DNA of 64,000 nucleotides from assembly GCA_049968255.1 (NCBI GenBank), contig JBMFRB010000006.1, positions 190,207 to 254,206 on the forward strand, in the 5' to 3' direction. This DNA is from Candidatus Sumerlaeaceae bacterium (lineage in GTDB: Bacteria; Sumerlaeota; Sumerlaeia; Sumerlaeales; Sumerlaeaceae). Made by a program: the position numbers and the translations under genes. The notes beneath the pieces were generated by a model. The model worked only from the letters and a program-made list of their open reading frames with translations. It did not search any database and was not told the origin of the DNA. Of this stretch, positions 1 to 9,372 are shown piece after piece (within the stretch, counting starts at the first letter, position 1; each line of letters starts with the position of its first letter).

Positions 1-137
1 AACAAACCGTAGCATTTTGCAGAGTTCTTTTGGGCAAAGATGGTCGGAGAGGTCTAGGCGCCCCAGGTGTCGTGGATCTGCAAGTCCGTGCGCGATGGTG
101 GCAGCTTCGTGTGGCACTGGCATGACCTTTTGCCACG

Positions 138-1853
138 TCATTCGGACTTCTCTGCGGTGTGAGTCCTGACTTTGAATAGAACTGCATGAGGAAAGCCCAG
201 TTTTATTTCTTCAACATTCTCGCCAAGCGCGTGCTTCAAAACTTCTGCTCGACGGGGCGAAGAGAGCACGGCAGTGGCATGCATACGGCGGACGAGTTCT
301 AGTGTGGGTGTGCTTCGGAACTCATCCAGCATTTGACGTTTTTCCTCCGCAAAAGGCGTGTTGAATAGGTGTGAGTTCACGCTGCGATGGTGAGTGAGAA
401 CAGGGATAAGGGGAACAAAAAAGCTGGTGGCAGGGGGCAGGTCATCAACGAGCACTGTTTCGGTGGTTGGCAATTTGTCCAAGGCGTTGAGCAACTCGAT
501 GTCAGCTTTCGGCGGCGCGAAGAGGATGCTGGTGCGCGGTAGACACGTAACGTTGCGCGTGCACCAGATGAGGTTGTCAGGCAGATGAAGAAAGAAGAGT
601 GCAACTGCGCACGAAACAATGAGACGCTCGGCGTGAAGGGGCCTCCACATGCGAAGCACGCTTTCCAACCCCTCCGTCGCAAGAAGGGCGAGTGGAACGT
701 AAAGATATCCGTGCGAGAAATGAAGCGGCTGCATTCCATAGCCGCGCGGCAGGATTTTATCCTGATAATTCAGCAGTGCTGCCACCACGGCCCACACAAC
801 GGCAAGTCGAAATTCAGAACGCTTCCATTGCTCCGAGAAGCGCGGGGGCAAAAATGCCGCGAGAGCGAGAGGCGCGAGCAGGCCATACGCGGACACGATT
901 TGCGAAAGAAGCATGACGGCTGGGAAGTTTTGCATCTGCTGGTAAACGGAGCGGTGTTCTGGATCGCGCGCGAGGAAGACCCCATAGTAAAGCGCGAAAA
1001 GCGCATTGATCGCAACGATGGCGGCAAAGGGGCGTAAGCAGGGACGATTGCCGCGCGCCCACTCCACGACAAGCCAACTTGCCAGAATGAGGGAGACTTC
1101 GAGTCCGGTGTAGGGGTGTGCCCACCATGCGAGAAAAACCGTAACACAGCCGGCTGCGAATGCGCGTTTCATGCAAAAGAGAACTGCGCCAAAGAACAGA
1201 ATGTGATAGCAGATTTCGGGCGAATAGAAAAGATTGCGGAAGAGCTGGACTTGCCAGTCGCCGTAGCCACCTTCCGCGGTGGAGAATTCGCTCGTGAAAA
1301 GGAACCAAAGCAAACTGAGCCACGAATCCGGCGGGGTTTTGTTGAGCTGGCCGACGAGCACGTTCACGGTTGTCGAGAACAATGCTGTGGCCCAAGCAAG
1401 TCCGCCTCCGAGAAGCATCAGAGCGAGTAAGGGATTGGCGCCGCGCCGCCAGCCATGGAGGAACCGAAAGATGCGGGCGGCCAATAGCAGCATAATCGGA
1501 CCGAAAAGCACACGCACTCCCCCATCAATGACGGAAAACGATACTCCGGTGAGCCGCCAAATCCAGCCAACGAGTAGGAAGTAAAGGTGGGAATAGTGAC
1601 GTCGGCTATCTGGAAGATTTGAGTAAGGATTTGCTGCGAACAGGCCGTTGCCGGATTCGACATACTCGCGCGCACAGGCATAATACACAGGCTGATCTAC
1701 CTGGACAAATCCGAGGTAAACCCGCGAGGGCGGGAGGAACCAAGCGTGAGCAATGATTCGCAACGCAAAAACCAAAGCCGCGGCCACGGCCAGTAACTCG
1801 GGCCAATAACGGGCACAGAATGCGCGAACTCTAGCCGAACTGCTCGTGCTCAT
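138..1853 (-). CDS. Polytopic membrane protein, GT-C-like glycosyltransferase (putative)
   Basis: About 570 aa with many hydrophobic helices. The first TM is followed by a loop with an acidic motif (QVDQPVYY) and there is a C-terminal soluble domain, which is a GT-C-like layout. Start placed at ATG 1853 (MSTSSSAR). Confidence 0.55.
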   Translation of the reverse strand: MSTSSSARVRAFCARYWPELLAVAAALVFALRIIAHAWFLPPSRVYLGFVQVDQPVYYACAREYVESGNGLFAANPYSNLPDSRRHYSHLYFLLVGWIWRLTGVSFSVIDGGVRVLFGPIMLLLAARIFRFLHGWRRGANPLLALMLLGGGLAWATALFSTTVNVLVGQLNKTPPDSWLSLLWFLFTSEFSTAEGGYGDWQVQLFRNLFYSPEICYHILFFGAVLFCMKRAFAAGCVTVFLAWWAHPYTGLEVSLILASWLVVEWARGNRPCLRPFAAIVAINALFALYYGVFLARDPEHRSVYQQMQNFPAVMLLSQIVSAYGLLAPLALAAFLPPRFSEQWKRSEFRLAVVWAVVAALLNYQDKILPRGYGMQPLHFSHGYLYVPLALLATEGLESVLRMWRPLHAERLIVSCAVALFFLHLPDNLIWCTRNVTCLPRTSILFAPPKADIELLNALDKLPTTETVLVDDLPPATSFFVPLIPVLTHHRSVNSHLFNTPFAEEKRQMLDEFRSTPTLELVRRMHATAVLSSPRRAEVLKHALGENVEEIKLGFPHAVLFKVRTHTAEKSE

Positions 1854-1966
1854 CGGGAGACAGTAAGGAGCCAGGCTTGCATGGCTTGTCACGCGCGGAA
1901 TTTTTGCCCCAGGGTAGAAACTTTTTTCGCTCGCAGGATGGAGTAGGTTCCAATAGAAGGAGAATT

Positions 1967-2479
1967 ATGCGCATTATGGGGATAGATCCGGGGCTTGCTC
2001 ACACTGGCTACGGAGTTATCGAATTTACGGGCAGCGAAAGCCGCATGTTGGTCATGGGCGAGATTGTGACGCGGGCCGATGCGGCTCTTGCGCTGCGCCT
2101 GCAGGAGATTCACGATAGGTTGCATGCGGTGATAGAAGCGTGGCAACCCGAAGCCGTAGCCGTGGAAAGCCTTTTTTTCTGCACGAACGTTCGCACGGCC
2201 ATTGCCGTGGCCCAAGCTCGCGGAGTTGCTTTGCTGGCGACGGCTACCGCAAATGTCCCGCTCTTCGAATACACACCGCTCGAGATCAAGCTGGCTGTGT
2301 CAGGCTACGGCAAAGCCACAAAGGAGCAGATGCAGAAAATGGTGCGGGCGATCCTCGGCTTGCGGGAGGAGCCGCGGACGAGTCATGCCGCGGACGCGCT
2401 AGCGGCGGCGCTGTGTCACGCGCATTCGCAGCGTTTTCAGCAGTTCGTGGAGTGGTCGCAGTCGAGCCGACGGCGCTGA
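1967..2479 (+). CDS. ruvC: Holliday junction resolvase RuvC
   Basis: MRIMGIDPG..TGYG, AVESLFF, QARG, EYTP..IK..V.GYGKATKEQ and HAADALAAA motifs; AGAAGGAG SD before ATG 1967. Confidence 0.96.
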   Translation: MRIMGIDPGLAHTGYGVIEFTGSESRMLVMGEIVTRADAALALRLQEIHDRLHAVIEAWQPEAVAVESLFFCTNVRTAIAVAQARGVALLATATANVPLFEYTPLEIKLAVSGYGKATKEQMQKMVRAILGLREEPRTSHAADALAAALCHAHSQRFQQFVEWSQSSRRR

Positions 2480-2550
2480 CAACTCGGGAATACGAAAAAA
2501 CCAGCACCGTAAGGGTGAAGTCATGTCAGGGCCAAGGAGTTATTCCCGAA

Positions 2551-3693
2551 ATGGCGCAGTTTCTCTACATTCACGTTCCATTTTGCGAAGCTCGGTGCCC
2601 ATATTGCGACTTTTTTACGTTGGGAAAAGGAGCCCAAGCGCAGGAGTTGGCGAATGCCTGGCTTGAGCTCGCGGGGCGTGAGCTCGAACTTTGGATCGAG
2701 GCGGGAGACGTAAGTCCGAGCGATCCGGTGGCCACCATTTACTTCGGCGGTGGGACGCCGAGCTTGCTCTCTGGCCAGGCCATGCGACGCTTTCTCGATC
2801 AGGTCGGACGGCATGTGACGTTTGCGCCCGATATAGAGGTGACGGTCGAAATGCAGCCACGCACCGCGGATCTCGAAAAGCTACGTAGCTATGCTGAAGC
2901 TGGCGTGAACCGCTTTTCTATCGGTGCACAGACATTCTCTTCTGAGCTGCTCGCGTTGCTTGAGCGGCGGCATTCCGTCGCCGATACAGTCGAGCTCATC
3001 CGCGATGCGCAGCGCTTCGGGCGCGTTTCCATAGACCTTATCGCGGCTTTGCCCGGCCAGACTCTTGAGCAATGGCAGGAGGATCTGGAAACGGCGCTGA
3101 GTTTTTCACCAGTTCATCTAAGCATTTATGAGCTAACTTATTATCCTGACACGCGCTTGCGAACGTGGCTTGAAGAAGGGCGGGTACACCAGGCGGATGA
3201 AGACCTTCGTTTAGCAATCCTTGATTGGACCATTGAGCACCTCACTTCGGCCGGCTACGAGCACTACGAGATTTCGAATTTTGCTAAGCCTGGGTTACGC
3301 TCGCGGCACAACGAAAACTATTGGCGACTTGGTAACTATGTTGGACTGGGTGCTGGCGCGCACTCTTTCATCTTTCCGCATCGCTACGTCAATCCGCCGG
3401 ACGTCAACGCATACAGCAAAATCGTTCGCGCAGGACAACTTGCTCGACAGCTGGCGGATGCGCGCGACGAGAACATCTTTCTCCTCGAAAACATTTTTAT
3501 GGGGCTGCGCCTTGTCGAGGGAATCGAACTTGCGCAATTCCGCCAACGCTTTGGTGTGGATGTGATTGCCTGCTATTTTGATCGTCTCGCGCCTCTCGTT
3601 GAAGAGGGTTTTCTTGAAATCACGCAGACGCACCTGCGTCTTACGCGCAAAGGCCTGATGCGAGCTGACGCTGTGGTGGGGTATCTCGTGTGA
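2551..3693 (+). CDS. hemW: Radical SAM heme chaperone HemW (HemN-like)
   Basis: LYIHVPFCEARCPYCDF, YFGGGTPS, HYEISNFA, HNENYW, GLGAGAHS. AAGGAG SD before ATG 2551; the longer ORF from 2140 is an in-frame extension over ruvC. Confidence 0.9.
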   Translation: MAQFLYIHVPFCEARCPYCDFFTLGKGAQAQELANAWLELAGRELELWIEAGDVSPSDPVATIYFGGGTPSLLSGQAMRRFLDQVGRHVTFAPDIEVTVEMQPRTADLEKLRSYAEAGVNRFSIGAQTFSSELLALLERRHSVADTVELIRDAQRFGRVSIDLIAALPGQTLEQWQEDLETALSFSPVHLSIYELTYYPDTRLRTWLEEGRVHQADEDLRLAILDWTIEHLTSAGYEHYEISNFAKPGLRSRHNENYWRLGNYVGLGAGAHSFIFPHRYVNPPDVNAYSKIVRAGQLARQLADARDENIFLLENIFMGLRLVEGIELAQFRQRFGVDVIACYFDRLAPLVEEGFLEITQTHLRLTRKGLMRADAVVGYLV

Positions 3694-3907
3694 GGCCAGT
3701 GAGTGCCCCCGCACTTGTTCGTGGTGATTGGTAAGGCGCCACATGCGCGGCCCGCGCTTCTTCAAACTGATTCCTCTGGGTTGGAGACGTAGAGGCTGAG
3801 AATTTGCGCGAGAACAAAGATGACTTGCGGCGCAGCGCTTGGGCAACGCGTATCTCCCCTGCTGTGCTTGAGCATGAAACCTGCGCGGGCGCGCGGTGAG
3901 TGCAACA

Positions 3908-6838
3908 TCAGGAGGGAGATGCCGCAGCACGATGGAGTGCGTCGCGAATCACCTCGGCAAGATGCTGCGGCACACGCCCTGTTGCCTGACGAATTTGTTC
4001 GCGGCAACTGAAACCGTCAGCAATCACGAGGTCTTGAGGAGCGGCGTTGCGCACAGCGGGCAGGAGTGCGCGTTCCCCAATCTTCATCGAAAGTTCGTAG
4101 TTTGCAGCCTTGAAACCGAAGCTGCCTGCCATGCCGCAGCAGCCGGGCTCGGGTGCGCCGAATTCGATTCCCATGGCGGCCATCACCTGCTCATCGTATT
4201 TCACCTGCATGACAGCTTTATGGTGGCAATGGGCATGAAAGACGGCGCGGCGTTCGTAACGCGGGAGCGGCCAATCGCCACATTGTTTCACAAGGAATTC
4301 GGCAAGAAGATAGGTTTGCTCACCGAGGGCCTGCGCGCGTTTGTCTTCTGGGAAAAGTCCCAGCAATTCGTCGCGAAACACTGCAGCACTGCTGGGTTCG
4401 AGCACGACGATTGGTACGCCAGCCTCAATTTCGGGGCCAAGTGCGGAGAGAATTTCACAGAGTAGCCGTTTTGCCAGGCCGAGCATTCCGGCGTCGTAGA
4501 GCGCACGGCCACAGGCCAAAGGTTTGCGTGGCACGAGGACGCGCCAACCTGCGGCCTCCAGCACCTCCAGCGCGGCTTTGAGCGGTTCGGGAGTGAAGTG
4601 ATTGTTGAAGGTATCCGGCCACAAAATCAGGGTGCGCTGGCTGATGTTTGCGCGCTGCACAGCTCCTTCTGCGGCATCAAGCGGGCGCTTCTCGAAAAAC
4701 CATTTCGTGAAGGTTTGGGAAGCAAACGGTGGCAATTGGCGCTGCGGGGCAATGCCGGCCAAGCGCTTGAGCTGCGTTCCGAATAGCGGCACGCCGAGAA
4801 ACCAATTTGCGAGGGTCGGTGAAAGTTCGGCCCAACGCGCCCAGCGGTGAATGAGCCCCAGAGCGTAGTGCTCAATGGGCCGCAGACGGCCCTCATAATA
4901 ATGTGAGAGAAACTCAGCTTTATAAGTGGCCATATCCACATTGACTGGACAGTCACTCTTGCATGCCTTGCACGAGAGGCAAAGGTCGAGTGCTTGCTTT
5001 ACTTCCTCACATCGCCAGGTGCTGGTGAGGAAATCGCCGCGGATCATTTCCTGCAACATGCGCGCTCTGCCACGCGTGGAGTGAAGTTCTTCACGTGTGA
5101 CCATGAAGCTCGGACACATCGCGCCTCCTTCCAGACGGCGGCAACGCCCGACACCCACGCACCGCAGCGTAGCACGCGCAAAGCTACCGAGACCTTCTTG
5201 GAAATAAAAGTGAGTGCGCGGCTGCCATGGCCGATAGTTCTCACCAAGGCGCAGATTTTCGGCTGGACCGTAGGCATCTACGATCTTGCCTGGGTTCATT
5301 TTATTGTCTGGATCCCAAATCGCTTTGAATTCGCGGAACGCTTCAACGAGCTCGGGGCCAAACATTTTGGGAAGCAGATGCGCACGGGCCTGACCGTCGC
5401 CATGTTCACCGCTCATCGAGCCACCGTAACGAACAATGAGGTCGCCTGCGGCATCGAGGAAGCGGACGAATTTTTCGATGCCTTCGCGCGACTGCAGGTC
5501 GAAATCGAGACGCAGGTGGACACAGCCATCGCCAAAGTGGCCATAGAGTGCACTCTCGTAGCCAAAACTGTCGCGCAATGCAGCGAAATCGCGCAGATAA
5601 GCAGCGAGGTTTTCGGGGGGAACTGCTGCGTCTTCCCAGCCAGGCCACGTGTGACGTCCATCGGGCAAAAATGCGGTGGCCCCGAGCCCACTTTTGCGCA
5701 CTTCCCAAATAAGTGCAGCTTCGCGTTCATCCGGGAATTTGACGGAAGGACGATGCGGACGGCGTTCGAGAGCTGCCACGAGAGCCTCGGCTCGCTCGCG
5801 TGCTTCTTTGGGGCTTTCACCTGGCATCTCGACGAGCAGCCATCCTGTTCCTTCGGGCAATGGATCATAATCATTCGGACCAAGACGTTTCTTGCGGCGC
5901 AGGAACCGACGAAGGTAGTCGTCCATTCCTTCCAAGCCGACAGGGCCATGGCGAAGAATTTCCGGCACTTCCTCCGCAGCCGTGAAGACGTCCGGATAGC
6001 CAAGGACCACAAGGCAGCGCGAGGGAGGGCTATAGACCAAGCGCACGGTGGCTTCGAGAATTGTCACGCATGTGCCTTCGCTGCCGACGAGCGCCCGGGC
6101 GACATTGAAGCCATTTTCAGGAAGCAGTTCGTCGAGGTTGAAGCCAGAAACGCGACGTGGCAATCGCGGAAAGCGCGTGCGGATGAGGTCGGCGTAGCGA
6201 TCGCGGAGGTCGCGCAGCTTGCGATAGATTTCTGCACGCGGGGCTCCCGCGCGGATAATCTGATCGAGCTCATCCTCGTTCACTGGTCCTACGCGCATGC
6301 GCTCGCCGCGGTAGGTGACGATCTCAAGCTCATGCACGTTGTCCGAAGTGCGACCGGCCATAACGGAATGAATGCCGCAGGAATTGTTGCCAATCATTCC
6401 GCCTATGGTGCAGCGATCGTGGGTGGCCGGGTCGGGACCGAACGTCAGGCTGTAGGGTGCAGTCGCGCGGTGGAGATCGTCGAGTATCGTGCCGGCCTGC
6501 ACGCGTGCGACGCGGCGTGCCGGATCGATCTCCACGACTCGATTGAGGTACTTTGAGAAATCGAGTACGACCGCAACGTTGCAACATTGCCCGGCCAGGC
6601 TTGTGCCGCCGCCGCGACTGAGGATTGGCGCACCAAAGGTGCGGCACAGGTCGATGGCGGCAAGAACGTCTTCGGTTGAGCGCGGAATCACCACTCCGAT
6701 GGGAACTTGTCTGTAGTTCGAGGAGTCGGTGGCGTACATCGCGCGCGTTGCGCGATCGAAGCGCACTTCGCCAATGACTTGGCGCTTGAGCGCTTCCTCT
6801 AAAGCTCGCGCTTCTGCATTCAGCTTTGGTTCGCTCAT
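3908..6838 (-). CDS. FAD-linked oxidase fused to Fe-S/CCG domains (YdiJ/GlcD-GlcF-like 2-hydroxyacid dehydrogenase)
   Basis: RGGGTSLAGQ, GGMIGNNSCG, SGEHGDG, CVGVGRC, CLSCKACKSDCP and CCGMAGSFG motifs. Confidence 0.9.
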   Translation of the reverse strand: MSEPKLNAEARALEEALKRQVIGEVRFDRATRAMYATDSSNYRQVPIGVVIPRSTEDVLAAIDLCRTFGAPILSRGGGTSLAGQCCNVAVVLDFSKYLNRVVEIDPARRVARVQAGTILDDLHRATAPYSLTFGPDPATHDRCTIGGMIGNNSCGIHSVMAGRTSDNVHELEIVTYRGERMRVGPVNEDELDQIIRAGAPRAEIYRKLRDLRDRYADLIRTRFPRLPRRVSGFNLDELLPENGFNVARALVGSEGTCVTILEATVRLVYSPPSRCLVVLGYPDVFTAAEEVPEILRHGPVGLEGMDDYLRRFLRRKKRLGPNDYDPLPEGTGWLLVEMPGESPKEARERAEALVAALERRPHRPSVKFPDEREAALIWEVRKSGLGATAFLPDGRHTWPGWEDAAVPPENLAAYLRDFAALRDSFGYESALYGHFGDGCVHLRLDFDLQSREGIEKFVRFLDAAGDLIVRYGGSMSGEHGDGQARAHLLPKMFGPELVEAFREFKAIWDPDNKMNPGKIVDAYGPAENLRLGENYRPWQPRTHFYFQEGLGSFARATLRCVGVGRCRRLEGGAMCPSFMVTREELHSTRGRARMLQEMIRGDFLTSTWRCEEVKQALDLCLSCKACKSDCPVNVDMATYKAEFLSHYYEGRLRPIEHYALGLIHRWARWAELSPTLANWFLGVPLFGTQLKRLAGIAPQRQLPPFASQTFTKWFFEKRPLDAAEGAVQRANISQRTLILWPDTFNNHFTPEPLKAALEVLEAAGWRVLVPRKPLACGRALYDAGMLGLAKRLLCEILSALGPEIEAGVPIVVLEPSSAAVFRDELLGLFPEDKRAQALGEQTYLLAEFLVKQCGDWPLPRYERRAVFHAHCHHKAVMQVKYDEQVMAAMGIEFGAPEPGCCGMAGSFGFKAANYELSMKIGERALLPAVRNAAPQDLVIADGFSCREQIRQATGRVPQHLAEVIRDALHRAAASPS

Positions 6839-6980
6839 GTTTCAGGTTATGCTTGGCACGAGTGGCCTATTCGGAAGCGGGAATGCGTGGAAAATGGTGT
6901 GGTGAACAAACGAGCAGCGTGGGCGTTTTGTGTGACATAACAACGTAGCCCGACTTTATTGTTCGCGGAGAGTGACGAGA

Positions 6981-7709
6981 ATGTGTCGCATGGTAGGTTT
7001 CACGGCAGCGAAACCTGTGAGGGTGGGAGCATTTTTGGAAGCGGTGGCAGAACAAGCTCAGCACGGTTGCCAGCCGTGGGGGCGTCCTCACGGCGATGGC
7101 TGGGGCATGGCCCTGCTGACCCCAGCGGGCTGGTTTGTGGCCCACAGCAATCGGCCGATCTGGGAGTTTTCGTTGGGAAGACTTGCAGGCGTGGAGGCAA
7201 CAAGCGGGCTGGTGCATGCACGGCTAGCTTCGCCGAACACTCCTGTGAACCTGACGAAAGTGCATCCTTTCTGCGCCGTGATCGAAGGGCAGACCTATGC
7301 ATTCTGCCATAACGGCAGTATCACGCGACGAGAGCGGCTGCCGCGACCTGCCAACATTACACTCGCGCCGGACGCCATTGATACAGAGCAGTATTTTGCA
7401 CTTGTGCAGGAGCGCCTGGCCTGTGGCGATAGCGAGGAGGAGGCGCTAGCGACGACTGTGAAGGACATCGAGAACGTGTCGTGCGAGTTTAGCTCACTGA
7501 ATGCCCTGTTGTTGAGCGAAAAGAAGCTGGTTGCTGTGAGAGGACCGGTGGACGAGAAGTATCGGCACTATTATACAATTTACGTGCACTGTGGGCCAGA
7601 GATTGTAGCCGTCAGCACGGAGCCTTTATCGGCGTTCAGCGAGAGCGTGCCGCTCGACGGAATTTTTGCAGCGGCCCACGGATCGATAGCAACACGCCAT
7701 CCGCTGTGA
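6981..7709 (+). CDS. Class II glutamine amidotransferase (EgtC/YafJ-like Ntn hydrolase)
   Basis: N-terminal M-C-R nucleophile, HGDGWG, HARLAS, HPF, HNG and DTE motifs. Confidence 0.88.
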   Translation: MCRMVGFTAAKPVRVGAFLEAVAEQAQHGCQPWGRPHGDGWGMALLTPAGWFVAHSNRPIWEFSLGRLAGVEATSGLVHARLASPNTPVNLTKVHPFCAVIEGQTYAFCHNGSITRRERLPRPANITLAPDAIDTEQYFALVQERLACGDSEEEALATTVKDIENVSCEFSSLNALLLSEKKLVAVRGPVDEKYRHYYTIYVHCGPEIVAVSTEPLSAFSESVPLDGIFAAAHGSIATRHPL

Positions 7710-7794
7710 GAATCAAATAGAGGGCGGGAGAAGACCGACCGCTGAAGTGACACTGTCCAGCTCGCTCTCTCATGTCTTTCAACGAGGACGCATA

Positions 7795-9228
7795 ATGCCG
7801 CGCGCACTTCTGCTAGTTCCCTGGATCTACGACTTTGCGGCGTACGATTTCTGGTCGTGTCCGGTGGGCTTGCTTAGTCTTGGAGCCGTGCTGAGGAGCA
7901 GCGGATGGGAAGTCGAGTTTGTGGACTTGACGGATCGCCACCACCCTGGGCTTGGACGCGAGCTGAAAGAAAAGTGTTTTCACACGGGCAAATACTATGC
8001 GGAGGAGGTGCCCAAGCCTCCCGCGATCGCGTGGGTACCACGGCGCTACAAGCGCTACGGCCTCCCACCGGACATTGCTGAGGCGGATTTGGCGCAGCGT
8101 CCGCGGCCTGACGTCGTGCTGGTTACTTCGCGCATGACGTATTGGTACCCAGGTGTATGCGAGGCGGTTGCTTTGGTGCGCCGAATTTGGCGCGATGTGC
8201 CTGTGGGTTTGGGAGGGACGTATGCGACGCTTTGCTACGACCACGCACGACTGAAAACGGGTGCGACATTTGTATTTCGCGGCGAGGGAGAGCAAGCGCT
8301 GCTGGAAGTTGTGGAGCAGCTGACAGGGGTGCGGACGCCCGCGGCGCCGCTGTCTAGGATTTCGCTCGACGTGCTCGATTCGCTGCCTTTTCCGGCCTGG
8401 GAGCTTCGCCGGTGGAACAAAGCGGTAGTGGTCGAGACGAGTCGGGGGTGTCCTTATCATTGCTCATACTGCGCAACGAAGTTGCTGCTTGCGCGATGGC
8501 GGGCAAAATCGCCAACACGTGTGGCGGACGAAATAGACTTCGCCGTAAACGAGCTTGGCGCTGAGGATATCGCTTTTGCGGATGATGCATTGCTCCTTAA
8601 TCCCAGTCGGCATTTTCTCGCGTGGGCAAAAGAGGTGGAACGCCGCCGCATCCGTTGCCGATTCCACACCCCCAATAGCCTTTTCGCGAGCATGATTTCG
8701 CGCGAAGTAGCCGAGGCGATGCGGGCTCTGGGGTTCGAAACAATAAGGGTGAGCTTGGAGACCGCAAGTGATGAGCGGCTAGAAAAACTCGGGAGGCGGA
8801 TTCGGCCCCGCCATTTTGTCGAGGCGATGAGAAACCTGCGGGCGGTCGGTTACCGGCCGGAGCAAATAGGGGTGTACATTTTGTGTGGTCTGCCAGGGCA
8901 GCATGCTGAGGAAGTGAGGCATTCGGTGGACCTCGTTGTGCAAGAAGGCGGCACACCACGCCTGGCGGAATACTCCCCAATTCCCGGCACGGCAGAATGG
9001 CAACGCGCGTGCCAGACGACGCAGCTGGCACTTGCAGAGGAACCGCTGCTGCAGAATAACTCGGTTTTTTGGTGGGCCAGCGGTGCCATACGCCCCGCGG
9101 AGATGGCAGAACTCAAGCGCTATGCACGTGAGGCAATGCAACGTGGTGGAGCAAATGAGGCGGGTGCTGGCCAAACATTGACCGTCAAAGCCACTGAAGA
9201 GAGATCGCCAAATGGAACCTGCAATTAA
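7795..9228 (+). CDS. B12-binding-domain radical SAM protein
   Basis: N-terminal cobalamin-binding-like region (PWIYDFAAYDFW, LGGTYATL, GEGE) followed by TSRGCPYHCSYC; GAGGA SD. Confidence 0.88.
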   Translation: MPRALLLVPWIYDFAAYDFWSCPVGLLSLGAVLRSSGWEVEFVDLTDRHHPGLGRELKEKCFHTGKYYAEEVPKPPAIAWVPRRYKRYGLPPDIAEADLAQRPRPDVVLVTSRMTYWYPGVCEAVALVRRIWRDVPVGLGGTYATLCYDHARLKTGATFVFRGEGEQALLEVVEQLTGVRTPAAPLSRISLDVLDSLPFPAWELRRWNKAVVVETSRGCPYHCSYCATKLLLARWRAKSPTRVADEIDFAVNELGAEDIAFADDALLLNPSRHFLAWAKEVERRRIRCRFHTPNSLFASMISREVAEAMRALGFETIRVSLETASDERLEKLGRRIRPRHFVEAMRNLRAVGYRPEQIGVYILCGLPGQHAEEVRHSVDLVVQEGGTPRLAEYSPIPGTAEWQRACQTTQLALAEEPLLQNNSVFWWASGAIRPAEMAELKRYAREAMQRGGANEAGAGQTLTVKATEERSPNGTCN

Positions 9229-9372
9229 TACCGGAGGACTTATTTCCGAGCACGAGCTTTCGTGTGGAGCGCCAGCGCGAGTTTGGGAGGGTTATCCCCA
9301 AACGAGAGTCACGAATCTACCTTGATTCCAGAGCCAGCGAGATGAGCATCGCTTGAGGGAACAATTCGACCC

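Noticed and set aside
4994-6556. 520-aa plus-strand ORF
   Set aside because: Antisense shadow of the FAD/Fe-S oxidoreductase; no motifs, typical of high-GC DNA.
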